DNA from: Acidobacteriota bacterium
GTDB taxonomy: Bacteria > Acidobacteriota > UBA6911 > RPQK01 > JAJDTT01
Direction: 5' to 3'
Assembly (NCBI GenBank): GCA_965209055.1
Contig: OZ242374.1
Location: 4,128,001-4,192,000 of the forward strand
DNA length: 64,000 nt
Position 1 is the stretch's first letter. Each line of letters opens with the position of its first letter. The position numbers and the translations under genes were made by a program. Shown piece by piece: positions 1 to 9,896 of this stretch. Under the pieces are notes generated by a model. The model was not told the DNA's origin and ran no database searches. It worked only from the letters and a program-made list of their open reading frames with translations.

Positions 1-72
1 CGGGTCGCTCGCCAGGAAGAAGGCGAACTTGTTGTAGCCCTCGCTCTGAGGGTCGCAGGCGAGGCGTGAACC

Positions 73-1065
73 ATGCAGAATCATTCCATCCCCCCGGTGA
101 CGGTCCGGCAGTTCTACGAGTCCATGGACCCGGCCCTGAACCTGGCGCTAGCCTCCAGCGGGGCGGGTCTGGACAACTCCATCTCGTCTCCCAGAATTCA
201 GAAGTTGGGCCTGGCCCTTTCGGGATACACGCGCTATCTGCACCGGGGTCGGGTGCAGTTCGTTGGCCGCACCGAGATCTACTACATGGAGGAGTTGTCT
301 CCGGAACGTCGCCGCAAGGTTTTCGCCGATGCCTTCGACGTTGGACTCTGTTGCGTTCTGGTAACGACCGGTTTGGCGCCGCCGCCCGATTTTCTGGCCG
401 AGGCGGAAAGGGCCGCGACTCCGGTCCTCACGACGACGGCGCTCAGCTCCAAGGCCATCGTCGAGGTCACGGCCAATCTGCAGGAACACCTGGCCCTGAC
501 CCACACCATCCATGGAGTCCTGGTGGAGCTCTTGGGGCTTGGGGTCCTGCTGGTTGGGGAATCGGGGATTGGCAAGAGCGAGTGCGCACTGGACCTGATC
601 CTGAGGGGCCACCGCCTGGTGAGCGACGATCTGGTGGTATTGAAGAGGGTCTCGGGCGAGAGCCTCGTGGGGTCGGGTCTTCCGGATGCCCCCTTTCACA
701 TGGAATTGCGGGGGTTGGGCATCATCAACGTCAGGGATCTGTTCGGGATCTCGGTGTTGAGCCCCGCCCGGCCCGTCGATCTGGTGATCAAGCTGGAAGA
801 ATGGCCGGAGCGGGATACCCGGGACCGGTTGGGACTGGAGGAAGAGAAGTATCGCGTCCTGGGAGTCGATCTTCCGCTGATCACGATTCCGGTGGCGCCT
901 GGACGAACCCTGGCGACCCTGGTGGAGGTGGCCGTCAGAATCCAGAAACTGAAGATGCAGGGCTATAATCCCGCGCTGGAGTCGATTCGCCTCCTGGAAC
1001 GGCGGATTCAAGTACCGTGGGGTCATGGAGAACAACCCCGGGCAGGGGATGGAGACAATGAATGA
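73..1065 (+). CDS. hprK: HPr kinase/phosphorylase
   Basis: Walker A GESGIGKSE, 'LVSDDLV' and 'MELRGLGIIN' motifs; heads a PTS cluster. Confidence 0.96.
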   Translation: MQNHSIPPVTVRQFYESMDPALNLALASSGAGLDNSISSPRIQKLGLALSGYTRYLHRGRVQFVGRTEIYYMEELSPERRRKVFADAFDVGLCCVLVTTGLAPPPDFLAEAERAATPVLTTTALSSKAIVEVTANLQEHLALTHTIHGVLVELLGLGVLLVGESGIGKSECALDLILRGHRLVSDDLVVLKRVSGESLVGSGLPDAPFHMELRGLGIINVRDLFGISVLSPARPVDLVIKLEEWPERDTRDRLGLEEEKYRVLGVDLPLITIPVAPGRTLATLVEVAVRIQKLKMQGYNPALESIRLLERRIQVPWGHGEQPRAGDGDNE

Positions 1066-1478
1066 AACGACAACGGACCCAAATCGGTGGACTTGTCGTC
1101 ACTCACGGGAGACTGGGCCATGAGCTGGTCGCCGCCGCGGAGATGATCGTCGGCGAAATTCCCCACGTGCTGCCGGTCTCCATCGGATGGCATGACGACG
1201 TGGAACGGTCCCGGCAGGGGATCGAAGAAGCCATCAGCACCCTGGACCGGGGCGGCGGCGTCATCATCCTGACCGACATGTTCGGAGGGACGCCGTCCAA
1301 CCTGACTCTCGCTCTGTTGAAGAAGGGAGAAGTGGAAATCGTCACCGGAGTGAACCTTCCCATGATCATCAAGCTGGCCAATCAAACGGGCAAGGAGGAC
1401 CTGAACGAACTCGCGCAACGGGTCCTGGAACAGGGGCAGAAACACATCGCGTTGGCCAGCGGGTTGCTGGGGGAATGA
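1062..1478 (+). CDS. PTS EIIA component, mannose/fructose type
   Basis: 'VVTHGRLG', 'LTDMFGGTPSN' and 'GVNLPM' motifs; ATGA overlap with hprK. Confidence 0.93.
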   Translation: MKRQRTQIGGLVVTHGRLGHELVAAAEMIVGEIPHVLPVSIGWHDDVERSRQGIEEAISTLDRGGGVIILTDMFGGTPSNLTLALLKKGEVEIVTGVNLPMIIKLANQTGKEDLNELAQRVLEQGQKHIALASGLLGE

Positions 1479-1750
1479 TCCGGCGGGTCGTGCAAATCCG
1501 AAATCGTCTGGGGTTGCACGCCCGCGCGGCAGCCAAGCTGGTCAGAACGGCATCCCACTATGACAGCGACGTGAAACTTTCCAGGGCCGGCGGGTCCCAG
1601 GAGATTGACGGCAAGAGCATACTGGGGATTCTCTTGTTGGCGGCCTCTTGCGGAACCGAGCTCGAATTCACGATTCGCGGGTCCGACGAGATCGAGGCGG
1701 CCGAGGCCATCGAGACTCTGGTCAGGAACCGGTTTGGAGAAGAGAAATGA
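1475..1750 (+). CDS. ptsH: Phosphocarrier protein HPr
   Basis: 'GLHARAA' phospho-His motif and 'DGKSILGIL' regulatory Ser motif. Confidence 0.95.
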   Translation: MIRRVVQIRNRLGLHARAAAKLVRTASHYDSDVKLSRAGGSQEIDGKSILGILLLAASCGTELEFTIRGSDEIEAAEAIETLVRNRFGEEK

Positions 1751-1833
1751 TTTCGCGGGCTTGATGCCCGGCGTGATCGACACGATTCGGTCCTGATAGG
1801 AAGACCCGGGTCTTTGCTGTATTTTCGAGGGAA

Positions 1834-3633
1834 ATGGTGGAGAAGCTGCAACGCAACGAATCCGGCCGGAGGTTGGTGGGCACACCCCTGTCTCCAGGAA
1901 TCGGGGCTGGAAGAGCGTATCGGATCGAGCAACACGCGCCGGACTTCCATCGACTGTACCTTTCGGCGGCTGAAGCGCCTCGGGAGCTGGAGAGGCTGCA
2001 GGAAGCCCTGGCCAAGTCCCGGGAGCAACTGGTCCGGATCAAGGAACGATTCGAGCAGCAACTGGGCAAGGAACACTCCTATATCATCGATGCCCATCGC
2101 CTGATCCTTGAAGATCGGGAGTTCCTGGACCAGATCCGAACCAAGATCAGGGATCATCTGTACGGTCCCGAGCGGGCCGTCTGGGAAGCCACTGAGGAGT
2201 GGCTGGCCGTGTACCGCACCTTGACCGACCCCTTTTTCCGGGACCGGGGATCGGACCTGGAAGAAGTGGCGCGGCGAATCGTTGCCAATCTGGGTGAGTC
2301 CGGACCGCCCCGCCAGGAGGAACGATCGTCCGAAGACCTGATCCTCGTGGGGCCGGAAATCGGCCTCTCGGATCTGGCCAGTTTCCCGCTGGCCCAGGTC
2401 AAGGGACTCGTTTCGACCCGTGGGGGGCAGACCTCGCATATCACCATCATCGCCCGCGTGCACCGCATTCCGGCTGTTTCCGGCGTCCGGGAGGTGGAGG
2501 GGAACATTCGCACCGGCGACGAAATGATCGTCGACGGTTCCGAAGGTGTGGTGCTGGTGCAGCCGTCGGCGGGAGAGCGCCGGGATTTCCAGGTGTTGCT
2601 GCGGGAGGAGCAACGTCGCAGCTCCGAGTTGGAAGGGGACTTCAGACCGTCGTCTACGGCTGACGGGAGGGTCGTTTCCGTACTCGCAAACACCGACATG
2701 GAGGACGAAGCCACGGTGGCATTCGATTTGGGTGCGGAAGGAATCGGACTGTTTCGTTCCGAGTTCGTCTACATGGGCGAAATGAGTGGTCCCGTCCGCT
2801 TCGAAGAGCAGTTGAGCATCTATCGGCGGTTGGCCCGCCTGACGGGCCCGCGGCCCGCCGTCATTCGAACGCTGGACATGGGAACGGAAGATCACCCCTA
2901 CTTCACGCGGCTGGCCGGCGAGGGACCCGTACTGGGCCTCCGGGGGATTCGCCTGAGTCTGGACCGTCCCCAACTGTTTCGGGACCAGGCGAGGGCCATC
3001 GTCAGTGCCCGCAGAGAGGGGAACCTGCGAATCCTCCTCCCCATGATCTCAAGCGCCGACGAACTGGTCACCGCCCGCGAGCTGATTCGGGAAGTGGAGC
3101 GGGAGGTGTCCGAAAAAACCGGATTTGACCCGGAATCACCGATCCAGGTGGGCGCCATGATCGAGGTTCCTTCCGCCGTACTGGTGCTGGACGGAATCTG
3201 CCGGCATGCCGATTTCGTGTCGGTGGGCAGCAATGATCTGATCCAGTTCACGCTGGCGGTCGACCGATCCAGCGACCTCCTGTCCCGCCTCTTCAATCCC
3301 CTCCATCCGGCTATCCTGAAGAGCCTGGAACGGGTGGCCAGAGTCGCGTCCCGGAATCGCATACCCGCCTATGTCTGCGGAGAGGTGGCCGCGCAGCCGC
3401 TTTACGCATACCTCCTCATCGGCATGGGTTTCCAGCGGCTTTCCATGAACCCGTTCGCCATTCCGATGGTCAAGAAAAGAATTCGGGAGATGGTCTACGA
3501 GGAGGCCCGGGAGAGGATCCGGGAACTGTTGCGGTTCTCCACGATTCAGGAAGTCGAACGGTACGTGAAACGTGAGATGCCGTCGTGGGAAACGGTGGGT
3601 CAGGAATCAGGTTCCCGGTTCGTCAAGAGTTGA
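1834..3633 (+). CDS. ptsI: PEP-protein phosphotransferase (PTS enzyme I)
   Basis: 'GGQTSH' phospho-His, 'GIGLFRSEF', 'AMIEVPSA', 'SVGSNDLIQF' and 'CGE' motifs. Confidence 0.95.
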   Translation: MVEKLQRNESGRRLVGTPLSPGIGAGRAYRIEQHAPDFHRLYLSAAEAPRELERLQEALAKSREQLVRIKERFEQQLGKEHSYIIDAHRLILEDREFLDQIRTKIRDHLYGPERAVWEATEEWLAVYRTLTDPFFRDRGSDLEEVARRIVANLGESGPPRQEERSSEDLILVGPEIGLSDLASFPLAQVKGLVSTRGGQTSHITIIARVHRIPAVSGVREVEGNIRTGDEMIVDGSEGVVLVQPSAGERRDFQVLLREEQRRSSELEGDFRPSSTADGRVVSVLANTDMEDEATVAFDLGAEGIGLFRSEFVYMGEMSGPVRFEEQLSIYRRLARLTGPRPAVIRTLDMGTEDHPYFTRLAGEGPVLGLRGIRLSLDRPQLFRDQARAIVSARREGNLRILLPMISSADELVTARELIREVEREVSEKTGFDPESPIQVGAMIEVPSAVLVLDGICRHADFVSVGSNDLIQFTLAVDRSSDLLSRLFNPLHPAILKSLERVARVASRNRIPAYVCGEVAAQPLYAYLLIGMGFQRLSMNPFAIPMVKKRIREMVYEEARERIRELLRFSTIQEVERYVKREMPSWETVGQESGSRFVKS

Positions 3634-3691
3634 CCTGTTGAAGGCTCGACCGGTGCCGGAGGGAAATGGAACCGACTGGCGGTGAGTAGCC

Positions 3692-4243
3692 ATGACCTCA
3701 GCCAACCAGCTCACGGTGCTTCGGATCCTCGCCGTTCCGCTATTTGTGGGGCTGGTCGTTTCCGGGTCCGTCGGCGCCGCTCTGACAGTGTTCATTCTGG
3801 CCGGGGTTACGGACCTTTTGGACGGGCTGATCGCCCGGAAATTCGGCCAGCGGACGGCTTTGGGCAGGTTTCTGGATCCCTTGGCCGACAAGCTCCTGAT
3901 GGTCGGCGCTCTGGTGGTGCTCTCCCTGGAGAACCCGGCTCTGGAGGTCCGGATACCGCATTGGTTGACTCTGTCGGTGGTGGCGCGGGACTTGGTTCTT
4001 GGAATCGGCGCCCTCTGGTCCTACGTCTTCACCGGCACGAAGGCGTTTCCGCCGTCCATCCTGGGGAAGTTGTCCACACTTGCCCAGTTCACAACCATCC
4101 TGGCGGTCCTCGTGGACAACGTGATCCCGTGGCGGATACCGTTTCACGCAGGACTCTTCGGTCTCACGGCCGTTCTGGCCCTGGGCAGCGGTCTCCAGTA
4201 CCTGGTCCGCGGCGTCCGTATCCTTGCGCCTGATCGGCGCTGA
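3692..4243 (+). CDS. CDP-alcohol phosphatidyltransferase (PgsA-like)
   Basis: 'TDLLDGLIARKFGQRTALGRFLDPLADK' family motif; hydrophobic. Confidence 0.9.
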   Translation: MTSANQLTVLRILAVPLFVGLVVSGSVGAALTVFILAGVTDLLDGLIARKFGQRTALGRFLDPLADKLLMVGALVVLSLENPALEVRIPHWLTLSVVARDLVLGIGALWSYVFTGTKAFPPSILGKLSTLAQFTTILAVLVDNVIPWRIPFHAGLFGLTAVLALGSGLQYLVRGVRILAPDRR

Positions 4244-4269
4244 ATCGCCTGCATTTCGGAAGGTGAGTC

Positions 4270-5052
4270 ATGAAATTCCGGAACCTGAGTCTGGAGATCG
4301 ATTCGGGAGGGGTGGCCGAGCTCACCCTGGAACGGCCGGAGGTCCTGAACGCCTTGAACGAGGAGACGATTCGGGAGTTGGACGCGGCCTTCCGGTCCCT
4401 GGAACGGGATGAGAATGTCCGGGTCGTGCTCCTTTCAGGCGCCGGGAAGGCATTTTCCGCCGGGGCCGACATCCCTGAGGTCCACCGGTTGGACGCCGGG
4501 ACCTCCCAGGCATTCTCCCGGCGTGGCCAGGCCGTCCTGAATCGGATCGAGCGGGGGTCGAAAGCGGTTCTGGCTGCAGTGCGTGGCTTCTGTCTTGGCG
4601 GGGGCTGCGAGCTGGCGTTGGCGTGTCACATCCGGATTGCCGGGTCGGATGCACGAATCGGATTGCCTGAAGTGAAGCTGGGCATCATTCCCGGCTACGG
4701 CGGCACGCAACGCCTGGCACGAATCGTGGGACGCTCCAAGGCGCTCGAGTTGTTGCTTTGCGGGAGGACCATGACGGCCCGGGAGGCCCTGGCGGCCGGT
4801 CTGGTGGTCCGCGTCGTGGAGCCGGACGATCTTCTGTCCACCTGTCGAGAACTGGCGTCCCGGATCGCCGGCCAGGCCCCTTTGGCCGTCAGGTACTGTT
4901 TTGAGGCGGTCAATCGGGGTTACGACCTGCCCCTGCAAGCGGGACTCGACCTGGAAACGGCCCTCTTCGGGCTGGCTTCCGGCACGGATGACATGAAGGA
5001 GGGGACCCGGGCCTTCATGGAAAAGAGACGCCCCCATTTCAAGGGCAAATGA
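4270..5052 (+). CDS. Enoyl-CoA hydratase/isomerase (crotonase family)
   Basis: 'AFSAGADI', 'GGGCELALAC' and 'PEVKLGIIPGYGGTQRL'. Confidence 0.93.
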   Translation: MKFRNLSLEIDSGGVAELTLERPEVLNALNEETIRELDAAFRSLERDENVRVVLLSGAGKAFSAGADIPEVHRLDAGTSQAFSRRGQAVLNRIERGSKAVLAAVRGFCLGGGCELALACHIRIAGSDARIGLPEVKLGIIPGYGGTQRLARIVGRSKALELLLCGRTMTAREALAAGLVVRVVEPDDLLSTCRELASRIAGQAPLAVRYCFEAVNRGYDLPLQAGLDLETALFGLASGTDDMKEGTRAFMEKRRPHFKGK

Positions 5053-5131
5053 TGCCGAAAGCCTCGCAGCCCGTGGCAAGAGTCACCACGGACTGCAAGT
5101 CGTAGTAGACTGGGGCCTGGGAGAAACGGAC

Positions 5132-5605
5132 GTGAAGGAAATCACAGGACGTATGAATGGCGCGGATCTCAGGATCGGCGTCGTGGTCAGCCGGTTCAAC
5201 GACTTGGTCACCGATCGGCTTCTGAAGGGCGCGTTGGGCGTGCTCCACCGATACGGAGTCCCGGATGATGGAGTAACCGTCATTCATGTGCCCGGCAGCT
5301 TTGAAATCCCATTTGCCGCCCGCAAACTGGCGACGGCCGGGATCTGCGACGCGGTGGTCTGCCTCGGAACCCTGATTCGGGGAGAGACGGACCATTACGA
5401 ATACCTGGCCTCGCATGTGACGGGGACCCTGTCACGATTGGCCTTGGAGCAGGACGTCCCCATCACCTACGGCCTGATCACGGCGGAGACCACCGAGCAG
5501 GCCATCAATCGCGCCGGCTTGAAACATGGCAACAAGGGGGCGGAGGCCGCGTCCGCCGCTGTGGAAATGGCCGACCTGGCGCGCCAGAAGCTGGCGGACG
5601 GCTGA
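5132..5605 (+). CDS. ribH: 6,7-dimethyl-8-ribityllumazine synthase
   Basis: 'VVSRFN', 'VPGSFEIP', 'IRGETDHY' and 'GNKG'; precedes nusB; GTG start. Confidence 0.95.
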   Translation: MKEITGRMNGADLRIGVVVSRFNDLVTDRLLKGALGVLHRYGVPDDGVTVIHVPGSFEIPFAARKLATAGICDAVVCLGTLIRGETDHYEYLASHVTGTLSRLALEQDVPITYGLITAETTEQAINRAGLKHGNKGAEAASAAVEMADLARQKLADG

Positions 5606-5744
5606 TGGGCCGGGTGAATGGTCGGAAGGGATGCACACGCCGGCGTCCCGTGCCGGTGTTCAGACCGGAAATGACCTCCTTCCGGGTGCAAGACCATCGA
5701 TCCCACCGGCTGGACGGACCTCTCTTCGGGCGCAGTAGTTCGGT

Positions 5745-6164
5745 ATGAGCCGAAGGAGGGCGCGCGAATATGCCCTGCAGATGCTCTATCAGCAGGAAGT
5801 GACCCGGGACCCCGGCGCCGTCGTAGAACGGGCCTTTTGGGACGCCCATGCCGCGGCGGCAGTGGAGGCCCGCGCCTTCGCGGGCCGCTTGTTCGGAACG
5901 TCACTGCAGGACAGGAGCAGGATCGACGGCCTGATCCAACGTCATTGCGACAACTGGAAATTGAGGAGAATTTCGGCGGTCGATCGAAACGTGCTGCGCA
6001 TGGGGGTCGCCGAATTCCTCTTTCTGGACACGCCCAAGGTGGTGGTCATCAGCGAGGCCATTGAGATCGCGCGAAAATTCGGGACCGAGCGGTCGGCGGA
6101 CTTCGTCAACGGCATCCTGGATGCCATCCGCAAGGAACTGGATGCCGAACGGGAGACCGATTGA
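5745..6164 (+). CDS. nusB: Transcription antitermination factor NusB
   Basis: 'RRRAREYALQMLY', 'VDRNVLR' and 'FVNGILD'. Confidence 0.95.
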   Translation: MSRRRAREYALQMLYQQEVTRDPGAVVERAFWDAHAAAAVEARAFAGRLFGTSLQDRSRIDGLIQRHCDNWKLRRISAVDRNVLRMGVAEFLFLDTPKVVVISEAIEIARKFGTERSADFVNGILDAIRKELDAERETD

Positions 6165-6227
6165 GGCAAGGGCCGTGACGGGCGTGGAATGCCACGCAGG
6201 ACGGACGCGACGGCAGGGAACGGAACG

Positions 6228-7745
6228 ATGACTTCCGGAAGCGAGCTGATCGACCGGCGGATGGAGAAGCTGCAGCTCATACGGGCCGGCGGCCATGATC
6301 CCTATCCCGCCAACTACGACCTGACCCACGAGATTCCCCGGATTCTGGAGAACTACTCCCACCTGGAGGCGCCGGAGCTGGAGTCCGCGCAGCACAGGGT
6401 TCGAACCGCGGGCCGTATCGTTTCGATCCGCGGCCACGGCAAGGTCAGCTTCGCCCACCTGAGCCAGGGCGGAGGCCGGCTCCAGATCTACGTGCGCCGG
6501 GACCGGGTGGGACCGGAGAAACACGATCTGTTCCGGTTGCTGGACATCGGGGACTTTCTGGGAGTGGAAGGCGAGTTGCTGCGGACCCGCACGGGAGAAC
6601 TGACCGTCTTCGCCGATTCGGTGCAGTTGTTGTCCAAGTCGATGCGGCCCCTTCCCGAGAAGTGGCACGGCCTGGCCGACGTCGAGGTGCGATACCGTCA
6701 ACGCTATCTGGACCTGATGGCCAACCCGCGCGTGCGATCCGTATTCGTCCGCCGCAACCGGATCATCTCGTTCCTCCGCCGCTTTTTGGAGGACAGGGGG
6801 TTCCTGGAGGTGGAAACCCCCATGATGCAGACGCTGGCGGGAGGCGCGACGGCGCGTCCCTTCAAGACCTATCACGAAGCGCTGGGAATCCCGTTGTTCC
6901 TGAGGATCGCGCCGGAGCTCTACCTCAAACGCCTGGTGGTGGGCGGGTTGGACCGTGTGTACGAGATCAACCGGAATTTTCGAAACGAGGGCGTGTCCAC
7001 CCGGCACAATCCCGAGTTCACCATGTTGGAGTTCTACCAGGCCTACAGCGACTACGGCGATCTGATGGATCTGACGGAAGAGATGTTGAAGGGGCTGGTC
7101 CAGGAGGTCTGCCAAGGGTTGGAGGTGGAGTACGGGCCGTCGACCATCGACTTCTCCTCGTTTCGGCGCTACAGCATGGTGGAATCGATTCGCGAATTCT
7201 GGCCCGGTCCGCAGATCCCTTCGTCCGAGGGCCTGATGGACCCGGCGGTTCTCGAAGACCTGCTTCGAGACCGGAACGTGGGACTGCCTCCGGGAACGAG
7301 TTGGGATCGGATGCTTGGACTGCTGTTCGAGACGGTGGCCGAGAAGCACTTGATCCAGCCCACCTTCATCCATGATTTTCCGGCTCAGTTGTCCCCACTG
7401 TCCAAGCGGAAAGCCGGCGACCCCCGGTTCACCGAGCGGTTCGAGCTCTTCGCCGGAGGGCTGGAACTGGCCAACGCCTACAGCGAGCTGAACGACCCGG
7501 AAGAGCAGAGGGAGCGGTTTCGGGAGCAGCTCATCGATCGGGAGCAGGGAAACGAAGAAGCCCACGAGATGGACGAGGAATACGTTCGGGCCCTTGAATA
7601 CGGAATGCCGCCGGTGGCCGGCGAGGGAATCGGCATCGATCGCCTCGCCATGCTGCTGACCAACTCTCCCTCCATCCGGGAAGTGATTCTCTTTCCCCAT
7701 CTCCGCCCCTCGCGGCGGGAAAGGGACTCGCGGACCACGGAGTGA
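6228..7745 (+). CDS. lysS: Lysine--tRNA ligase (class II)
   Basis: 'RYRQRYLDL', 'LRIAPELYLKRL', 'FRNEG' and 'GIGIDRL'; start could be 6189. Confidence 0.96.
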   Translation: MTSGSELIDRRMEKLQLIRAGGHDPYPANYDLTHEIPRILENYSHLEAPELESAQHRVRTAGRIVSIRGHGKVSFAHLSQGGGRLQIYVRRDRVGPEKHDLFRLLDIGDFLGVEGELLRTRTGELTVFADSVQLLSKSMRPLPEKWHGLADVEVRYRQRYLDLMANPRVRSVFVRRNRIISFLRRFLEDRGFLEVETPMMQTLAGGATARPFKTYHEALGIPLFLRIAPELYLKRLVVGGLDRVYEINRNFRNEGVSTRHNPEFTMLEFYQAYSDYGDLMDLTEEMLKGLVQEVCQGLEVEYGPSTIDFSSFRRYSMVESIREFWPGPQIPSSEGLMDPAVLEDLLRDRNVGLPPGTSWDRMLGLLFETVAEKHLIQPTFIHDFPAQLSPLSKRKAGDPRFTERFELFAGGLELANAYSELNDPEEQRERFREQLIDREQGNEEAHEMDEEYVRALEYGMPPVAGEGIGIDRLAMLLTNSPSIREVILFPHLRPSRRERDSRTTE

Positions 7746-7809
7746 GCGGCAACAATTCAGCCGGTTTGTCCGCACACGGAGTCAGTTCCGGGCTGCGAAA
7801 AGAGGGACG

Positions 7810-9039
7810 GTGTTGCGTTTCGAGCTGTTTGTCGCCCTCCGTTATCTTCGAGCACGGCGCAAACAAGCCGTCATCTCGGTCATCAGCATCATCTCGGTGG
7901 TGGGCGTCGCGGCCGGCGTCATGGCCCTCACCATAGCCCTGGCTCTGAACAACGGCCTGCAGCGCGAATTCCAGGCCCGGATTCTGGGCGCCACCTCACA
8001 TCTCAATCTCCTGCCCGCCCGGGAGGGGGCCATCTCGGGCTATCAGGGAATCGCCGACGCCCTGAGCGGGATGCCCCGAATCAAGAGCGTGGTGCCGACG
8101 GTCTACGGACAAACCATGTTGCAGTCCGGTTCAAGACAGGGTGCGGCAATCCTGAAGGGGATCGGGGGCGATCCGGGCCGGCCTTCAAATATGGGCGTCT
8201 CCATCATCGAGGGGACCACGGCGGGATTCCATGACGGCGGCAAGCCCTTTCCCATCATCCTCGGCAAGGACCTGGCGGGGTCCCTGGGAGCGTTGGTTGG
8301 AGAACCGGTTCGGGCTTACGGGCTGAAGGGCGAGCTCTCACCCTTCGGCCGCGGTGTGCGGATCGGGACTTTCCGGGTCGTGGCTCTCTTCGAGTCCGGT
8401 CTGTGGGAATACGATTCCAATTGGGCGCTGGTGCCGCTGGCCGCGGCGCAGTCCTTTTTCGGCCTTTCGCAGGACCAGGCCTCGGCGTTGGAAATGCGTG
8501 TCGAGGACATCTACGCCGTCGAGAGCCAGGCCAGGACCGTGCAGGAGGCACTGGGCGACGGATTCGCAACGAACACCTGGATCCAACTGAACCGGCCGCT
8601 GTTCGCCGCTCTGGAGTTGGAGAAACTGGCACTGTTCGTCGCCATCGGACTGATCGTTCTGGTCGCCGCCCTGAACATCGTCAGCACCTTGACCCTCATG
8701 GTGATGGACAAGAATCGGGATATTTCCATCATCACCGCCATGGGAGGGACTCCCCGGACGGTTACCGCGGTGTTCATGCTCCAGGGCCTCATCATCGGGT
8801 TGGTCGGCACGAGCCTGGGAGGCATCTTGGGAGCGGTCACGGCCTGGTACCTGGACGCCTACCAGGTCATCGAGCTGGAGCCTCGCGTCTATTCGATTCC
8901 TTACGTCCCCTTCCAGTTGAATCCGTGGGATCTGGTGGTGGTTTCGCTGCTGGCGGTTCTCATCAGTTTTGCCGCCACCCTGTATCCGGCCCGCGCCGCT
9001 TCCGGGCTGGATCCGCTGGAGGGACTCCGCCATGAGTGA
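7810..9039 (+). CDS. Lipoprotein-releasing ABC transporter permease LolC/E family
   Basis: 'FVALRYLRARRK', 'VAALNIVSTLTLMVMDK' and 'YPARAASGLDP'; adjacent to lolD. Confidence 0.9.
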   Translation: MLRFELFVALRYLRARRKQAVISVISIISVVGVAAGVMALTIALALNNGLQREFQARILGATSHLNLLPAREGAISGYQGIADALSGMPRIKSVVPTVYGQTMLQSGSRQGAAILKGIGGDPGRPSNMGVSIIEGTTAGFHDGGKPFPIILGKDLAGSLGALVGEPVRAYGLKGELSPFGRGVRIGTFRVVALFESGLWEYDSNWALVPLAAAQSFFGLSQDQASALEMRVEDIYAVESQARTVQEALGDGFATNTWIQLNRPLFAALELEKLALFVAIGLIVLVAALNIVSTLTLMVMDKNRDISIITAMGGTPRTVTAVFMLQGLIIGLVGTSLGGILGAVTAWYLDAYQVIELEPRVYSIPYVPFQLNPWDLVVVSLLAVLISFAATLYPARAASGLDPLEGLRHE

Positions 9040-9703
9040 GCTTCTCAAGATCAGCGGGTTGTCCAAGTCGTATCGTTCGGGGCAGGAGCGGCTGCGCATT
9101 CTGGTGGATCTGAATCTGTCCGTTGAGGCGGGCCAAATGGTGGCCATCACGGGAGCCAGCGGGTCGGGCAAGAGCACCTTTCTGCATCTGGTGGGCGGCA
9201 TGGAAAGACCGGATTCGGGAAGCATTCGCTTCCGGGATCTTGAGATCACCGCATTGCAGGGGAGGGAGCTGGCCGCGTACCGGAACCGGACCGTCGGCTT
9301 CGTGTTTCAGTTCCACTATCTTCTGCCCGAGTTCAACGCCCGGGAGAACGCCATGTTTCCCCTGCTGCTGCGGGGAACCTCCCACCAGGAGGCCTCCGAG
9401 CGGGCTGAAGCCCTTCTGGAAGAGGTGGGATTGGCGGACCGGATGCGGCACCGGCCGGGCGAACTTTCAGGGGGTGAGCAGCAGCGTGTCGCCATCGCGC
9501 GCGCCCTGGCGGGCGAGCCCGGATTGCTGTTGGCCGACGAACCCACGGGCAATCTGGATCCGGCGACCTCCGAGCGAATCTACGAGCTGCTGGATCAGGT
9601 GCATCAAAGCCACGGACTCACTTCACTCATCGCGACCCACAATGCCTCCCTGGCGGATCTTTGCAGCGTCCGCAAGGAGGTGGTTCAGGGGAAACTCGTA
9701 TAG
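9032..9703 (+). CDS. lolD: Lipoprotein-releasing ABC transporter ATP-binding protein
   Basis: Walker [10 protein letters not shown], '[15 protein letters not shown]' and 'ADEPTGNLD'. Confidence 0.92.
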   Translation: MSELLKISGLSKSYRSGQERLRILVDLNLSVEAGQMVAITGASGSGKSTFLHLVGGMERPDSGSIRFRDLEITALQGRELAAYRNRTVGFVFQFHYLLPEFNARENAMFPLLLRGTSHQEASERAEALLEEVGLADRMRHRPGELSGGEQQRVAIARALAGEPGLLLADEPTGNLDPATSERIYELLDQVHQSHGLTSLIATHNASLADLCSVRKEVVQGKLV

Positions 9704-9896
9704 TCGCCCGACGGTGTTCCACTGTTTCTCCTGTCTCCGGAAATCCAGTCATCAGCCGGCGTGATCCCGGATCCCGGAGCGGTTTTGCCGACTCCGCTTC
9801 CCCGCTTGTTCACTATGCGTGTGTATAATCGACGGGATTGGCAAGCCGTTTGCCCGAGCATTTTCGGTTTGCTTAAATCAAGGCGGAAATCGCCTC

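Noticed and set aside
1-60. Minus-strand frame with coding-like codons (QSEGYNKFAFFLASDP) at the window edge
   Set aside because: Too short, with no start or context to support a call
73-3633. PTS cluster without sugar permeases
   Set aside because: Regulatory hprK-EIIA-HPr-EI clusters are well known
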